A stretch of DNA of 64,000 nucleotides from Promethearchaeota archaeon (GCA_048940445.1 JBHLON010000001.1:1-64000), one strand, 5' to 3'. Shown: positions 1 through 10,394, numbered from the stretch's first letter. Notes: a model not told the origin generated them from the sequence alone. A program made the numbers and translations.

Positions 1-1061
1 GCTTCTAATCCTTGAATTGCTGTACGAACTATATTAATCATAGGAAGTTGAGCAGTTAATGAACTTCCCGCGGTTTGCACATGGAATCTAAATGCTAAAT
101 TTCTCTTATCTTTAACATCGTATCTATCTTTCATTAATTTATACCAAATTCGTCTCGCTGCCCGAAATTTTGCAATTTCTTCAAAAAAATCTTTATGAGC
201 AGCCAAATGAAATGCTAATCTTCCTACAAAATCATCAGCTTTCCACCCTCTTCCTACTAAATTATCAATATGAGAACATGCACTTCCAAATACGAAACCA
301 AGTTCTTGGATTGCATCAATTCCACCTTCTCTATAATTGTAACCAGTAAAGTTAATTGGATGCCATTTTGGTACATTTTTTTGAGCCACAGTCCATTCAA
401 TAAAATCACAAGCTATTCGAAGCAAATGATTGGGAGGACAATTTTTATACGGGATATATCCTACGGTCATTGTTAAAATATCATTTTGAGTTGTACCCAT
501 TAGCTGCTTAATGTCATAACCCCGTATTTTTGCCATGTTAAAATACATTGAGCAAACTGGTGCACAAGTAAATGGTTCAACAACTAAAGCAACGCTCACT
601 TTATCTATTGGAATGCCTTCAGTAAGGGCAAATAAGCTATCTATACAATACAATGGAACACCTGAGGTTCCAACTTCAGGAGCACCATCAGGGTTAGTTG
701 GATCAATTCCATTAAAAGTTAATGCGTCTACAGCTGCACTAAAACCTGTTTCTCCATTTTCATATAAATATTTCCATCTTTTATTTGTTTCTTCAGGTGT
801 CCCATGACCAGAAAATAATCTCATTGTCCACAATTGCCCTCGATACATTGAAGGATAAACACCCCTAGTATATGGAGGTTCACCAGGGAATCCTACTTTT
901 TCAAAGTAATCTCCTTTTACATCTAAAGGTGTATAAAGAGGTTTAGTAGGAATATCTGAGTCAGTTACAAATTTGGCATCTCTCTCCTTTAATTTTTTAT
1001 ACTTTTCTTCCCATTCTTGCTTTTTTAATTCTAATTTATATAGATAATTTTTGTCAAACAA
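1..1061 (-). CDS. B12-dependent acyl-CoA mutase large subunit (methylmalonyl-/isobutyryl-CoA mutase family), 3' end runs off the window
   Basis: Absent from the ORF track; translated by hand from TTG at 1061: MFDKNYLYKLELKKQEWEEK...PGEPPYTRGVYPSMYRGQLWTMRLFSGHG...GTTQNDIL...HKDFFEEIAKFRAARRIW...RFHVQTAGSSLTAQ. These are hallmark mutase motifs. Confidence 0.93.
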   Translation of the reverse strand, partial: MFDKNYLYKLELKKQEWEEKYKKLKERDAKFVTDSDIPTKPLYTPLDVKGDYFEKVGFPGEPPYTRGVYPSMYRGQLWTMRLFSGHGTPEETNKRWKYLYENGETGFSAAVDALTFNGIDPTNPDGAPEVGTSGVPLYCIDSLFALTEGIPIDKVSVALVVEPFTCAPVCSMYFNMAKIRGYDIKQLMGTTQNDILTMTVGYIPYKNCPPNHLLRIACDFIEWTVAQKNVPKWHPINFTGYNYREGGIDAIQELGFVFGSACSHIDNLVGRGWKADDFVGRLAFHLAAHKDFFEEIAKFRAARRIWYKLMKDRYDVKDKRNLAFRFHVQTAGSSLTAQLPMINIVRTAIQGLE

Positions 1062-1372
1062 GAGATAATCACGTAATATTTCTTAATTTATTTATTTGAT
1101 ATGATAAGTTAATTTATTGTTATTTACTAAAATATTTGATCGTTTAAATCAGTTTAAACAAATAATTTTTCCCATACTGAAATAATGCTTTCATCATTTT
1201 TCATAAACTAATAGAAGCTAAAATTATATCCTATAAAGAAAGATTGTATTATACTTTTCTTAATGGTTAATTTCTGATCATCTTCACTTAAAATATTAGA
1301 AGAAGATTTAAAGTAGAGATATTATCTTAGATTAATGAGAGAAATAAGAATTTTTAAGAGTGTGATTAAAAA

Positions 1373-1561
1373 ATGAGTTTGAAATGTAGTGCATGTGGTA
1401 AAATTGTTGAGACTTTACCCTTGGATTGTGGATATAGTATTTCTTTTAATGAAGAAACACAAACATGGGAATGTTACATGGAAGATTGTGGCTTTATAGC
1501 ATTTACAGAGTTTTTATGTGAGGATTGTTGTAAAAAACAAGGAAAATGTTCTTCATGTTAG
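1373..1561 (+). CDS. Small Cys-rich putative metal-binding protein, copy 1
   Basis: 62 aa with CxxC...C...CxxxxC...CxxCC; paralog at 1838 conserved at the amino-acid level. Confidence 0.8.
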   Translation: MSLKCSACGKIVETLPLDCGYSISFNEETQTWECYMEDCGFIAFTEFLCEDCCKKQGKCSSC

Positions 1562-1837
1562 ACTAATTTGAAGCTAATCAAAAAATTATTTTATCCAAAT
1601 TATAGAAGTTATTTCTATAAAATATGCAACTTAATTTCAGTTGAGAGTGCATTTTAATCATTTTTTAGGATTAAAAAGAATTTAAAATTATATCTTATAA
1701 AGAAAGTTTGTTTAACACTTTCTTCAATAGTTCATTTCTGGCTTTTCTCACTTAAAATATTAGAAGAAGATTTATAGCCACATTCTATTCTAAACTATTA
1801 TAATTAAATTTTATCATTTATTTAAGGTGATATATAA

Positions 1838-2017
1838 ATGTCTTTAAAGTGTAGTAGTTGTGGTAAAATAGTTGAATCCTTACCCTTAGAGTGTGGATAT
1901 AGTATCTCGTTTAATGAAGTAACTAAAAATTGGGATTGTTATATGGAAAATTGTGGTTTTATAAGCTTAACAGAGTTTTTATGTACTGATTGTTGCAAGA
2001 AACAAGGAAAAGATTAA
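1838..2017 (+). CDS. Small Cys-rich putative metal-binding protein, copy 2 (59 aa, not in ORF track)
   Basis: MSLKCSSCGKIVESLPLECGYSISFNEVTKNWDCYMENCGFISLTEFLCTDCCKKQGKD; AAGGTGA ribosome-binding site upstream. Confidence 0.8.
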   Translation: MSLKCSSCGKIVESLPLECGYSISFNEVTKNWDCYMENCGFISLTEFLCTDCCKKQGKD

Positions 2018-2211
2018 TCAAATCAATTCGACTTTAATTATTTTTTAAATTTTCTCAATAATGGATTTTTGATATTATTCAAAACCATTAAAATAAATTT
2101 CTAATACTATCTTCTATATTATTTCTAGACTCAGATTAATGCTTTTTAACATAAGGAAATTTTATATAAAAGAATTAGTTAATTTAATAAATATTAAGAA
2201 AAAATAGTAAA

Positions 2212-3951
2212 ATGCATTTGTTAAAAAATATTAAAAAACATAAGATTTTTGTGTTTTCCTTATTATTTTATATAGTAGTATTGATTTTATTGTATTCAAA
2301 TAGATTTGAATCCTATATATATTACGAGAGAATTGAGTTTGAATCTACAGGAGCTAGAATCTATGCAAATTTATATTATCCAACTACACCTGTCACTTTT
2401 CAAAGTAAAGCTCCCTTAGTAATTTATGCTCATGGATTAGGGAGTCAAAAGGATTTAGATATTAGAATCCCAAACGAATTAACTAAAAGAGGTTTTTATG
2501 TGGCTTCTATAGATTACCGTGGTAATGGAGAAAGTACAGGACATCTTTTGGATATAAACCGAGAAACTTACAGAAATAGAACAAACGTACCAGCAATTGC
2601 CCAAGATTGTTCTAAATTATTGGATGTTTTAGAAAGCTTACCTTTTTATGATAAAGTTAATTCTTCTCAAATTGGAATGGTTGGGCATTCATTAGGTGGT
2701 GCTGTTGCCTTAATGAATAGCGCTTTAGATGATCGATTTAAAGTAACAATTACGTGGGCAGGAGTTGTAAATTTTAGTTCTGAGATACCTGGAGTTGAGT
2801 TAAATAGTGCCTTTATGAAGTATAATCCTGCAAATATAATTAACAGTTCAACCCCATCCAATCTTTTAGTAATTCAATCTATTTATGATCCAACAGTATC
2901 ATATAAAGAAAATGCTTTATTAGCTCAAAAATTAACCAATTGTAAATTAGAAAATATTACTGAACATTTATTTGGAGGAGCGCATTATTTATTTTCTGAT
3001 TCAGTTCTAGTCTGGACAATTAATTGGTTAGAATCGAATTTTTTTAGTTCTACTACTATTAATGGACCTATTCAGTTATCCTACAAATATACCTTAACTT
3101 TACTTATATTAGGAATAGCTGGATTATTTATAACTTCATTAAGATTAATAAGATATAGCTCAAAATATTTTTCATTTAATTTTGAAAAAGAATTCGCAAA
3201 AGAAATACCTAACAAAAAGGATATAAAGCTGGATAAGAAGACTCTTCTTAAAGAGGTCCTTGCAATTATTCTTTATTTTACTGGATTTATTATTATTTGG
3301 ATTATTTTCTATTCGTTATTAGGTGTCATTGGGATAATTATCGCTCCAGTAATTATAATATTTATTTATTTTTGTGTAATTTTTATAAAATATGTTTTAA
3401 CAGCAGAAAGGATAGGAGAAGCTATAAGTGAATATATAGAGACGCGTTTGAAAAATGAAATAAAATCACAATTCCATAAAAATGTCTTACTATTTTCCTT
3501 TATTTCAACTTTTATTTTTCTCGCTTTTTATATTTCATTTTCATTAAGTTATCCCTTTGCATTTTTCTCACCAGTCAATATTATTTCATTTATATTAGCT
3601 TATTCTATCTATCCTTTTTATTTAGCAATAGAACTATTTTATAGAAAAATAATTTTTCCCAGACTCTATTTTATCAAAACTCCCTTTAAAAAGACAGTGT
3701 TTACTAGTATTTTGGCAATAGTTAATATTCTTATTTTAATGGTCTTATCACTCCCAATCTTTATAATAGAATCTGTTCTTGTAACATATTTTATCTTTTT
3801 AGCAGTAATCATTATAAATTCACTAATTTATGAAAAAACTGGAAAATTTAGTTCTGTATTAATTAGTTCTTTTATAATTATTCAAATCTTTTTTGGTTCT
3901 GCGATTTCAAATATATTAGGAATTGGATCATTGATGCAATTGTTTACTTAA
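2212..3951 (+). CDS. Membrane-anchored alpha/beta hydrolase with C-terminal multi-TM domain
   Basis: HGLG oxyanion motif, GHSLG nucleophile elbow, N-terminal TM and several C-terminal TM helices. Confidence 0.85.
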   Translation: MHLLKNIKKHKIFVFSLLFYIVVLILLYSNRFESYIYYERIEFESTGARIYANLYYPTTPVTFQSKAPLVIYAHGLGSQKDLDIRIPNELTKRGFYVASIDYRGNGESTGHLLDINRETYRNRTNVPAIAQDCSKLLDVLESLPFYDKVNSSQIGMVGHSLGGAVALMNSALDDRFKVTITWAGVVNFSSEIPGVELNSAFMKYNPANIINSSTPSNLLVIQSIYDPTVSYKENALLAQKLTNCKLENITEHLFGGAHYLFSDSVLVWTINWLESNFFSSTTINGPIQLSYKYTLTLLILGIAGLFITSLRLIRYSSKYFSFNFEKEFAKEIPNKKDIKLDKKTLLKEVLAIILYFTGFIIIWIIFYSLLGVIGIIIAPVIIIFIYFCVIFIKYVLTAERIGEAISEYIETRLKNEIKSQFHKNVLLFSFISTFIFLAFYISFSLSYPFAFFSPVNIISFILAYSIYPFYLAIELFYRKIIFPRLYFIKTPFKKTVFTSILAIVNILILMVLSLPIFIIESVLVTYFIFLAVIIINSLIYEKTGKFSSVLISSFIIIQIFFGSAISNILGIGSLMQLFT

Positions 3952-3980
3952 TTTTTTTCTAAAAAGAGGGGGTCGTATAT

Positions 3981-5219
3981 ATGGCAGAAGATATTAATTT
4001 TGAGCAAAAAGAAAAAAAATTAATGGAATATGTAGAAAAATTTAGTTTCCCTAGACTTGCTGGATCCGAAGGTGAAAGGGAGGCAGTAAAGCTGACGATT
4101 AATACTTTTAAAGACATTGGGTATGAAGAAAACCAAATTGAAAAACTTAATTTCGAGTTTTCAACATTTTATTCTGAAGAACTAATAAAGATCATTGGAT
4201 TTATGAACATTTTATTAATATTTACCCTATTATTAATTAAATATATTTACCCCTATTCAGCTATAATCACAGGCATCATATTTTTGCTTCTTTTTCTTTC
4301 AATGTTAAAAGTATTGAAGCATCCTGAATTAAAAGGATTTTGGGAAAAGCATTTTGGAACATTTATTTCAGCAACGAATGTTATCATCAAAATTCCTCCA
4401 AATAATATAAAAAATGGTGAATTATCGAGAAATATTGTAGTTTCAGCCCATCTAGATTCCAAGTCTCAAACATTTAAGACTTTTTGGCGTGTAGTATTTT
4501 TTTCTATATGGCAATTTGGAATTATTATTTTTATTATTTTATTCGTTTTCTTTATTATCGATTTATATTTTTATCTTTTTAGGTCTATTTTACTATCATT
4601 AGAAATTTCGACTATAATTACCGCAAGTTTAATCATTTTTTCAATTTTAATGATTATTTTGACGAAAACTAGGAATTTATCACTTGGTTCTTTAGATAAT
4701 GCATCTGGAATGGCTTTGATCTTTATGTTAAGTTCTTATTTCAGAGATAAGCCCCTAAAGAATTCAAACTTATGGCTATGTCAATTTTCTGCAGAAGAAA
4801 TTGGTACCATGGGATCTAGAGTTTTCCTTGACACATTCGAGGAACAATTGGTGAGAAGTGATACATTTCAGATTAATTTTGATATGGTATCTTGCCAAAA
4901 TCATAAAAATGAAGTTGAGTATATCAAATCTTATGGTATATTTCCAAAAAAAGAAGTTTCTTCAATTTTAAGTAGACATATTAGAGAAATCGCTAAAGAG
5001 AAAGATATAACTATTCGTGGACACACTTTGCTTTCTGGAGCACATACAGATTCTGTCCCATTTCATTTGGTTGATTTAAAAACTATAGATTTTTCAACGC
5101 CTCTTGCTGCTAAATATTCTCATAGTAAAGAAGATACACCTAAAAGAGTGAATCCAAAAGTTTTATTAGATACATTCATCATTATACAGAATTTAGTCTT
5201 AAGACTTGATAAAAATTAA
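3981..5219 (+). CDS. Membrane M28-family Zn peptidase
   Basis: PRLAGSEGE, SAHLDS, LDNASG, SAEEIG, NFDM and C-terminal HS motifs, with TM insertions. Confidence 0.88.
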   Translation: MAEDINFEQKEKKLMEYVEKFSFPRLAGSEGEREAVKLTINTFKDIGYEENQIEKLNFEFSTFYSEELIKIIGFMNILLIFTLLLIKYIYPYSAIITGIIFLLLFLSMLKVLKHPELKGFWEKHFGTFISATNVIIKIPPNNIKNGELSRNIVVSAHLDSKSQTFKTFWRVVFFSIWQFGIIIFIILFVFFIIDLYFYLFRSILLSLEISTIITASLIIFSILMIILTKTRNLSLGSLDNASGMALIFMLSSYFRDKPLKNSNLWLCQFSAEEIGTMGSRVFLDTFEEQLVRSDTFQINFDMVSCQNHKNEVEYIKSYGIFPKKEVSSILSRHIREIAKEKDITIRGHTLLSGAHTDSVPFHLVDLKTIDFSTPLAAKYSHSKEDTPKRVNPKVLLDTFIIIQNLVLRLDKN

Positions 5220-5266
5220 AAAATAAATACAGAAAGAATCTTAGTAAAGTAAAAATAAAGAAAAGT

Positions 5267-5971
5267 TTAAGTTGTATCGACTTCTACTTCAATATCACTA
5301 AGTAGATAATCGATCCGTTTTGCTTTTTTATTGATATTTAAAATTGTATCAAGATAAACTGCTTCTTGATCTCCTAGAATTAAATGAATCGCCCCAGATC
5401 TTAATAGTATCAACTCAAAAATGTCAGGTATTGTCTTTTTAATCCTCAAACTTTTTGTAGGATATCTTACAGCAGAAACGAAAATGCCTTTTTTATGGAT
5501 TACTTCATTTCTTTCTAATGTCCAATAATCAAATCTTGTGGCTATCCAAGAGATCAAAAAACTTAAAGCTAAAATTATAGAAACAGACAGATAGAACTGA
5601 TAACTCATTGTAATAGTAACCTCAAATGAGAATATTTGAGAGAGTATTGCTAATGGATGGAACAAAAACGTAAATAGTAATATTATGACAATAATTGCTA
5701 ATAGTATTATAAAGAATTTAGTAGATGATGTATCAAAAGCAATGACAAAGAGGTTAGCAAAAAAAACAGTAATCCAAATTGCTCCAAGTCCTGGTTCATC
5801 AATACCTATAAAATATTGTATAAGAAATAATACCAAGGATGTTACTAGAAGTGGATAAAAGAAAATAACTTTAGAATAGCTCCTTAAATATATTTTCTCT
5901 TCCATTTTCATCTCTTTTTCAATCGTGTTTTCAGGCGGTAAATTAGTTTCATCATAATTCATAATAATCAT
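5267..5971 (-). CDS. Hypothetical membrane protein with C-terminal soluble (possibly bacterial PH-like) domain
   Basis: Four hydrophobic helices, then a beta-rich segment (EVIHKKGIF...GAIHL). Confidence 0.65.
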   Translation of the reverse strand: MIIMNYDETNLPPENTIEKEMKMEEKIYLRSYSKVIFFYPLLVTSLVLFLIQYFIGIDEPGLGAIWITVFFANLFVIAFDTSSTKFFIILLAIIVIILLFTFLFHPLAILSQIFSFEVTITMSYQFYLSVSIILALSFLISWIATRFDYWTLERNEVIHKKGIFVSAVRYPTKSLRIKKTIPDIFELILLRSGAIHLILGDQEAVYLDTILNINKKAKRIDYLLSDIEVEVDTT

Positions 5972-6066
5972 TTATAGATAGTTAATTAAAATTATTCATT
6001 TTTAAAAGGTATAAGTGTAAGAGAAGTATGCTCTTTTTAAAGATTCTTCATTCAAATTATAAGAAA

Positions 6067-7011
6067 TTAAAAATGAAATTTCTGTATTTTATGAATAGTT
6101 TCTATATCAAATCTAGAAAGCGCGTATGATGCTATTGGTACTATGCAACCACAATTTTCACATAATAGGGGGGAATTTCCCATTACGCAAAATTTTCGTT
6201 TTCCATCAGGATAATAGCTTCTTATTGCACCCATTTTGAAAATACAATGTTTTACAAATTCTTTTGTGATATATAATTCCAACATTTTCTTAGATATAAT
6301 GATAAAATCCCCATAATCATTTAAAATCTTTAAAATTGCTTTAATTGCGTATTTTAACTTTTCATTCTTTACTGTTAAAGGATCATTCGGGTATCCTGTA
6401 TACATTAGAAAGAATATACCTGACACACCTAATTCGTAAGCTATTTTTACTACAGGTTCAATTTCTTTATAGTTCATCGCGGTTATGGTCGTAGAGACTA
6501 ACGCTCGCTTATCATCTTTAATATTCTTAATTACCTTATGAAAGATATTTGCTCCTCGAATCCTATTATGCATTTTTTCTCTTCCATCCAGACTTACCCA
6601 GTAGACAGGTTGTTTATGATGTTTAAACCAAGGTAATTTAATAATACCATTTGAAGCTATTTGCACTGAGGAAAATGTCTTTACAGCTTCATGGATCAAG
6701 CCCATTCGAAGGGTAGGTTCTCCACCTGTTAAAGATGCACTAATAATTCCCATTTCATTATGATGTTTAAAGATTTTTCGCCACTGATCATCTGTCAATT
6801 CTACTCTAGTTCTAGCAGAATCACTAGTCAATTCATTAGTAGCTGCAATAAAATAGCAATGTTTGCATCTTAAATTACATTGCCATGTTAAATCGTAATT
6901 CACACCTAAAGGGATTTTTCTCGAAATGTGCTTAAAGAAGTAAAATCCACCCGAAATTCCTTTCTTAATGTTTCCGGGAGTTAGTAATTCAAACTTAGAT
7001 TTTGCTTTCAT
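6067..7011 (-). CDS. Radical SAM protein
   Basis: CNLRCKHC (CxxxCxxC), TGGEP, VSLDG, C-terminal Cys cluster (C...CENCGC). Confidence 0.9.
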   Translation of the reverse strand: MKAKSKFELLTPGNIKKGISGGFYFFKHISRKIPLGVNYDLTWQCNLRCKHCYFIAATNELTSDSARTRVELTDDQWRKIFKHHNEMGIISASLTGGEPTLRMGLIHEAVKTFSSVQIASNGIIKLPWFKHHKQPVYWVSLDGREKMHNRIRGANIFHKVIKNIKDDKRALVSTTITAMNYKEIEPVVKIAYELGVSGIFFLMYTGYPNDPLTVKNEKLKYAIKAILKILNDYGDFIIISKKMLELYITKEFVKHCIFKMGAIRSYYPDGKRKFCVMGNSPLLCENCGCIVPIASYALSRFDIETIHKIQKFHF

Positions 7012-7032
7012 TAATAGCTAATTTTAATCCTT

Positions 7033-7845
7033 TTAAATTGAAATAAAATACCTAAACTTACCATTAGGATCATCAATTTGCCAAGAATTAAAAAAATCAA
7101 ACTTCTTTTTAGTTTGCCAGAGATTTTCAATTTTACTAACGCCCTCGTATAGATCAGTTAAAAGCGTAATATCACAAGGATATTCTCTATGAGAAGGATA
7201 GAGATGAGAGATTTCTTGCTCTCTACATAATTTTATCAATTTAGTGAGAGTTTCAAGAACTTGGGGAAAATTGTCTCTGCTTGGTAAAAATTGATCTCCA
7301 TAATATGCTACATCACTAGTAAAGAGATCCTTATTAGATGTTAATAAACATATAGAACCAGGAGAATGCCCCGGGCAATGTATTACTTCAATCTGAATTC
7401 CTCCTAAATCATAAACGTCTCCGTCCTTTAAAGATTTAATATTAGGCGCAGGTGGAATTAGAAAGTTTTGTTTCGCATATACTTTTACAATATCATTGGG
7501 AAAATCTCTAAAGGAAGATACATCATAGGGTTTTGATATAATAGATTTTTCGTTTTTATGAATATATACTTCATTATATTCAAAATTTCCCAAGACGTGA
7601 TCGAAGTGCGCGTGTGTACACCAAACAAATAGTTTCCTTTTATCGATTAATTTATCTACAACAGGTTTTAAAGGATATAATCCACATCCTGTATCAAGTA
7701 AAAGGGCAGATTGACTTCCTAAAAGTAAGTACATATTAAGAGGATCATTAGTAAAAGCGGAATGAATAATGGATATATTTTCTTGGATTACATATAGATA
7801 ATCCTTATGTTTTGAAACCTTAAAATATTGATTCTTATTACTCAT
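7033..7845 (-). CDS. Metallo-beta-lactamase fold hydrolase
   Basis: LLDTG, THAHFDH, PGHSPGS, YPSH. Confidence 0.92.
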   Translation of the reverse strand: MSNKNQYFKVSKHKDYLYVIQENISIIHSAFTNDPLNMYLLLGSQSALLLDTGCGLYPLKPVVDKLIDKRKLFVWCTHAHFDHVLGNFEYNEVYIHKNEKSIISKPYDVSSFRDFPNDIVKVYAKQNFLIPPAPNIKSLKDGDVYDLGGIQIEVIHCPGHSPGSICLLTSNKDLFTSDVAYYGDQFLPSRDNFPQVLETLTKLIKLCREQEISHLYPSHREYPCDITLLTDLYEGVSKIENLWQTKKKFDFFNSWQIDDPNGKFRYFISI

Positions 7846-7953
7846 TATTCAAATAATGGATATAGCAGATTTAATTATAATAGTTTATTAAATTATTTAA
7901 TCTTTTAAAATTATTTAAATTAAGAAGAATTATTTGTTGTAAAAAAATAAATA

Positions 7954-9120
7954 TTGATGATGTATATGGATTTTTCGTTAACTGAGAAACAGAAAATGAT
8001 TAGAGAAAGGACAAGAGAATTTTGTGAAAAATATATTGTCCCCGTAGCCCAAGAATCCGATCAAAAGTTAGAATTAGACCCTACCGTTATGAAGAAAATG
8101 AAGGAAATGAATTATTTTGGATCCTGCATACCTGAAGAATATGGTGGGGCTGGTTTGCATAATGATACTATAGCTTTTGCTATCATCACAGAAGAGATTG
8201 GCAGAGTCGATGCCTCTTGGTCTATAACTACTGGAGTTCATTGTAGTGTCTGTACATATCCCATTTATAGATTTGGGACTGAAGAACAACGCCAAATGTT
8301 CCTTATAGATCTTGCTAAAGGAGACAAAGTTGGTGCTTTTTGCTTAACTGAAGCGAATGCCGGTTCTGATGCAGGTGGGGTGCAACTTACTGCTGAAAAA
8401 GATAAAGATGATTATATCCTCAATGGAAGTAAGATCTTTGCTACAAATGGTGGTATTGCTAAAACGTTGCTAGTAGTTGCTAAAACCGGAGAAAAAGGAG
8501 CTAGGAAAGAATTGACAATATTCATTGTAGATACAGATACACCAGGTTATTCAGTTGGAGTCAAGGAGGATAAGTTAGGAGTGAGGGCTTCAAATACCTC
8601 AGAGTTAGTGTTTGATAATGTTAGAGTGCCGCAAGAAAACATTTTAGGGCGGTTGGGAGCTGGATTTAGGTTAGGATTACAAATACTTGATTATGGAAGA
8701 ATAACTATAGCTGCTCAGTGTCTTGGTTTAGCTCAAGGATGTTTAGAGGCAGCAATTAAATATGCAAATGAAAGGGAACAATTTGGCCAAAAAATTGCTA
8801 AATTTCAAGGGATTCAATGGAAAATTGCAGATATAAGTACTGCTGTAGAATCTTCTCGCCTATTAACTTATAAAGCAGCATGGATGTGTGATCAAGGGAT
8901 GGATTATGCCTTAACAGCATCAATGGCAAAACTAGTTGCATCTGAAACTGGAATGAAGGCTGCGCATCAGGCTGTTCAGATTCATGGAGGATATGGGCTT
9001 ATGAAAGCATATCCGGTTGAAAGAATGTTCAGGGATGCGAAAATGGGTGAAATCTATGAGGGTACAAGTGAAATTCAGAGAATGGTAATCGCAAATCACA
9101 TGCTTAGAACAAAATTCTGA
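7954..9120 (+). CDS. Short/branched-chain acyl-CoA dehydrogenase (likely start 7966)
   Basis: IPEEYGG, CLTEANAGSD, REQFG, QIHGGYG, IYEGTSEIQR. Confidence 0.95.
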   Translation: MMMYMDFSLTEKQKMIRERTREFCEKYIVPVAQESDQKLELDPTVMKKMKEMNYFGSCIPEEYGGAGLHNDTIAFAIITEEIGRVDASWSITTGVHCSVCTYPIYRFGTEEQRQMFLIDLAKGDKVGAFCLTEANAGSDAGGVQLTAEKDKDDYILNGSKIFATNGGIAKTLLVVAKTGEKGARKELTIFIVDTDTPGYSVGVKEDKLGVRASNTSELVFDNVRVPQENILGRLGAGFRLGLQILDYGRITIAAQCLGLAQGCLEAAIKYANEREQFGQKIAKFQGIQWKIADISTAVESSRLLTYKAAWMCDQGMDYALTASMAKLVASETGMKAAHQAVQIHGGYGLMKAYPVERMFRDAKMGEIYEGTSEIQRMVIANHMLRTKF

Positions 9121-9162
9121 AACTAATTTTTTCTTTTATTACAGAAGAAATTAGTTTTTTTC
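9121..9162 (+). terminator. Hairpin plus T-tract after the acyl-CoA dehydrogenase gene
   Basis: aactaattttttct...agaagaaattagtt inverted repeat running into ttttttt. Confidence 0.5.
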
Positions 9163-9179
9163 AAAAATGTGTTTATAAT

Positions 9180-9593
9180 ATGATTAAAATATATTCTATT
9201 TCTACAATTCGAAGAAAAGTAAAAGAATATGGAAAAAGGATCAATGCTCCTAATCATCTTTTAAGTATTCACACTATTAGCGATGGATTTGGTACTCCTT
9301 ATATTGAAATCGATAAGAATGGATATAATTACGTGATAAGTGAGAGAGGCATAGAATATGAACGAAGACGAACAAAAGATATTGAAAAATTACTATATTG
9401 GATATTCGAACAGATTGTGTTTATAATGGCTAATGAGTATGAATTAGAAAACCGTAAATCTGGTGAAGATCATAGAAGGCAGCTATTTGCCAAAGAAATG
9501 GAATTAATGAAAAAGCTTGATATGAAATTTACACGATGGTATAAGGAAAAATTGGATAAAATTCTAAAGGAATATCCGTATGATGATACTTGA
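9180..9593 (+). CDS. Immunity protein 63 (Imm63)-like
   Basis: GTPYIEID..GYNYVISERG.E..RR.T.D...LLYWIF...MA.EYELENR...D.RR..F pattern. Confidence 0.75.
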   Translation: MIKIYSISTIRRKVKEYGKRINAPNHLLSIHTISDGFGTPYIEIDKNGYNYVISERGIEYERRRTKDIEKLLYWIFEQIVFIMANEYELENRKSGEDHRRQLFAKEMELMKKLDMKFTRWYKEKLDKILKEYPYDDT

Positions 9594-9810
9594 TTATAAG
9601 AATTAAAAATCTTTTCTTTCTACTCTCCTTTCATTTTAAATTTTTGAATAATTAATTATAGAAATATTTATGAAAAACAGAAAAAGATAAATTGTTCGAC
9701 TTATGAAGGTACATATGAAATCCAGAGCATGTTCTTCTAATATTAAGGAAAAATTTATAGAAATATATAGTATTAGGATATAATAGTATAGGACATACTA
9801 GTATGGGATA

Positions 9811-10296
9811 TTATTTAATATTCATATTTCTTACTAATTCATTAAACTCATCCATTGAAATGAATCCTTTTGAGAATAATTTCTTTTTAATTTGCTCCAA
9901 TAGAAAATCCTTACCACAAAATTTCAATTTTTGAGTACGATTCTCTAATTTCTTAAATTTCTTTTTTAGATTGATATTTTCTAGCTTGATCTGAGACATT
10001 TTTTCACCCTTTAACTTAAGCTTACCATTAACTTTCTTAATTTCTTTACTATAAAAATTAAATTTTAATTCTAACTTTTTTAGTGCACTTTCTAGTTTGA
10101 TACTCTCTTCTTTAGCATAATCTAATTTAGCTTTCGATTCACGATATCTAGTTTCGTTCTTTTGCAAGATTTCATTAAGCTTATTAATAATTTCATTTCT
10201 TTCTTTAACATCTAAATCCCTTTGTTTTAAAACTTTTTCTAAATTTATCAGGATTTGATTGATATCTTCTTTTTTATATGGCCAATCTATTGACAT
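9811..10296 (-). CDS. Coiled-coil protein, N-terminal DWPY motif, C-terminal SHOCT-like KGFIS..EF
   Basis: Heptad K/E-rich body; paralog of 11970..12452. Confidence 0.75.
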   Translation of the reverse strand: MSIDWPYKKEDINQILINLEKVLKQRDLDVKERNEIINKLNEILQKNETRYRESKAKLDYAKEESIKLESALKKLELKFNFYSKEIKKVNGKLKLKGEKMSQIKLENINLKKKFKKLENRTQKLKFCGKDFLLEQIKKKLFSKGFISMDEFNELVRNMNIK

Positions 10297-10394
10297 TATA
10301 AGATTTAATCTTTTCCTCGTTTAAGGTTATTAAAATTATGGAAAGCATATTAATATAATTTAAAAATTAAAGATAAGGAATGAGACAAATTATT

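Larger units (their letters stand above)
1220..2017 (+). repeat. Diverged tandem duplication, period about 465 bp (upstream region plus microprotein gene)
   Basis: aaattatatc..ataaagaaag...tcacttaaaatattagaagaagattta occurs at about 1220-1310 and 1685-1775, each followed by the paralogous ORF. Confidence 0.85.

Noticed and set aside
270-807. Plus-strand ORFs 270..476 and 535..807
   Set aside because: Antisense shadows of the minus-strand mutase gene.
9768-9812. Three degenerate agtat(t)agga-like repeats and the catactagtatg palindrome
   Set aside because: Too short and degenerate, with no spacers; not CRISPR. Chance or a terminator between convergent genes.
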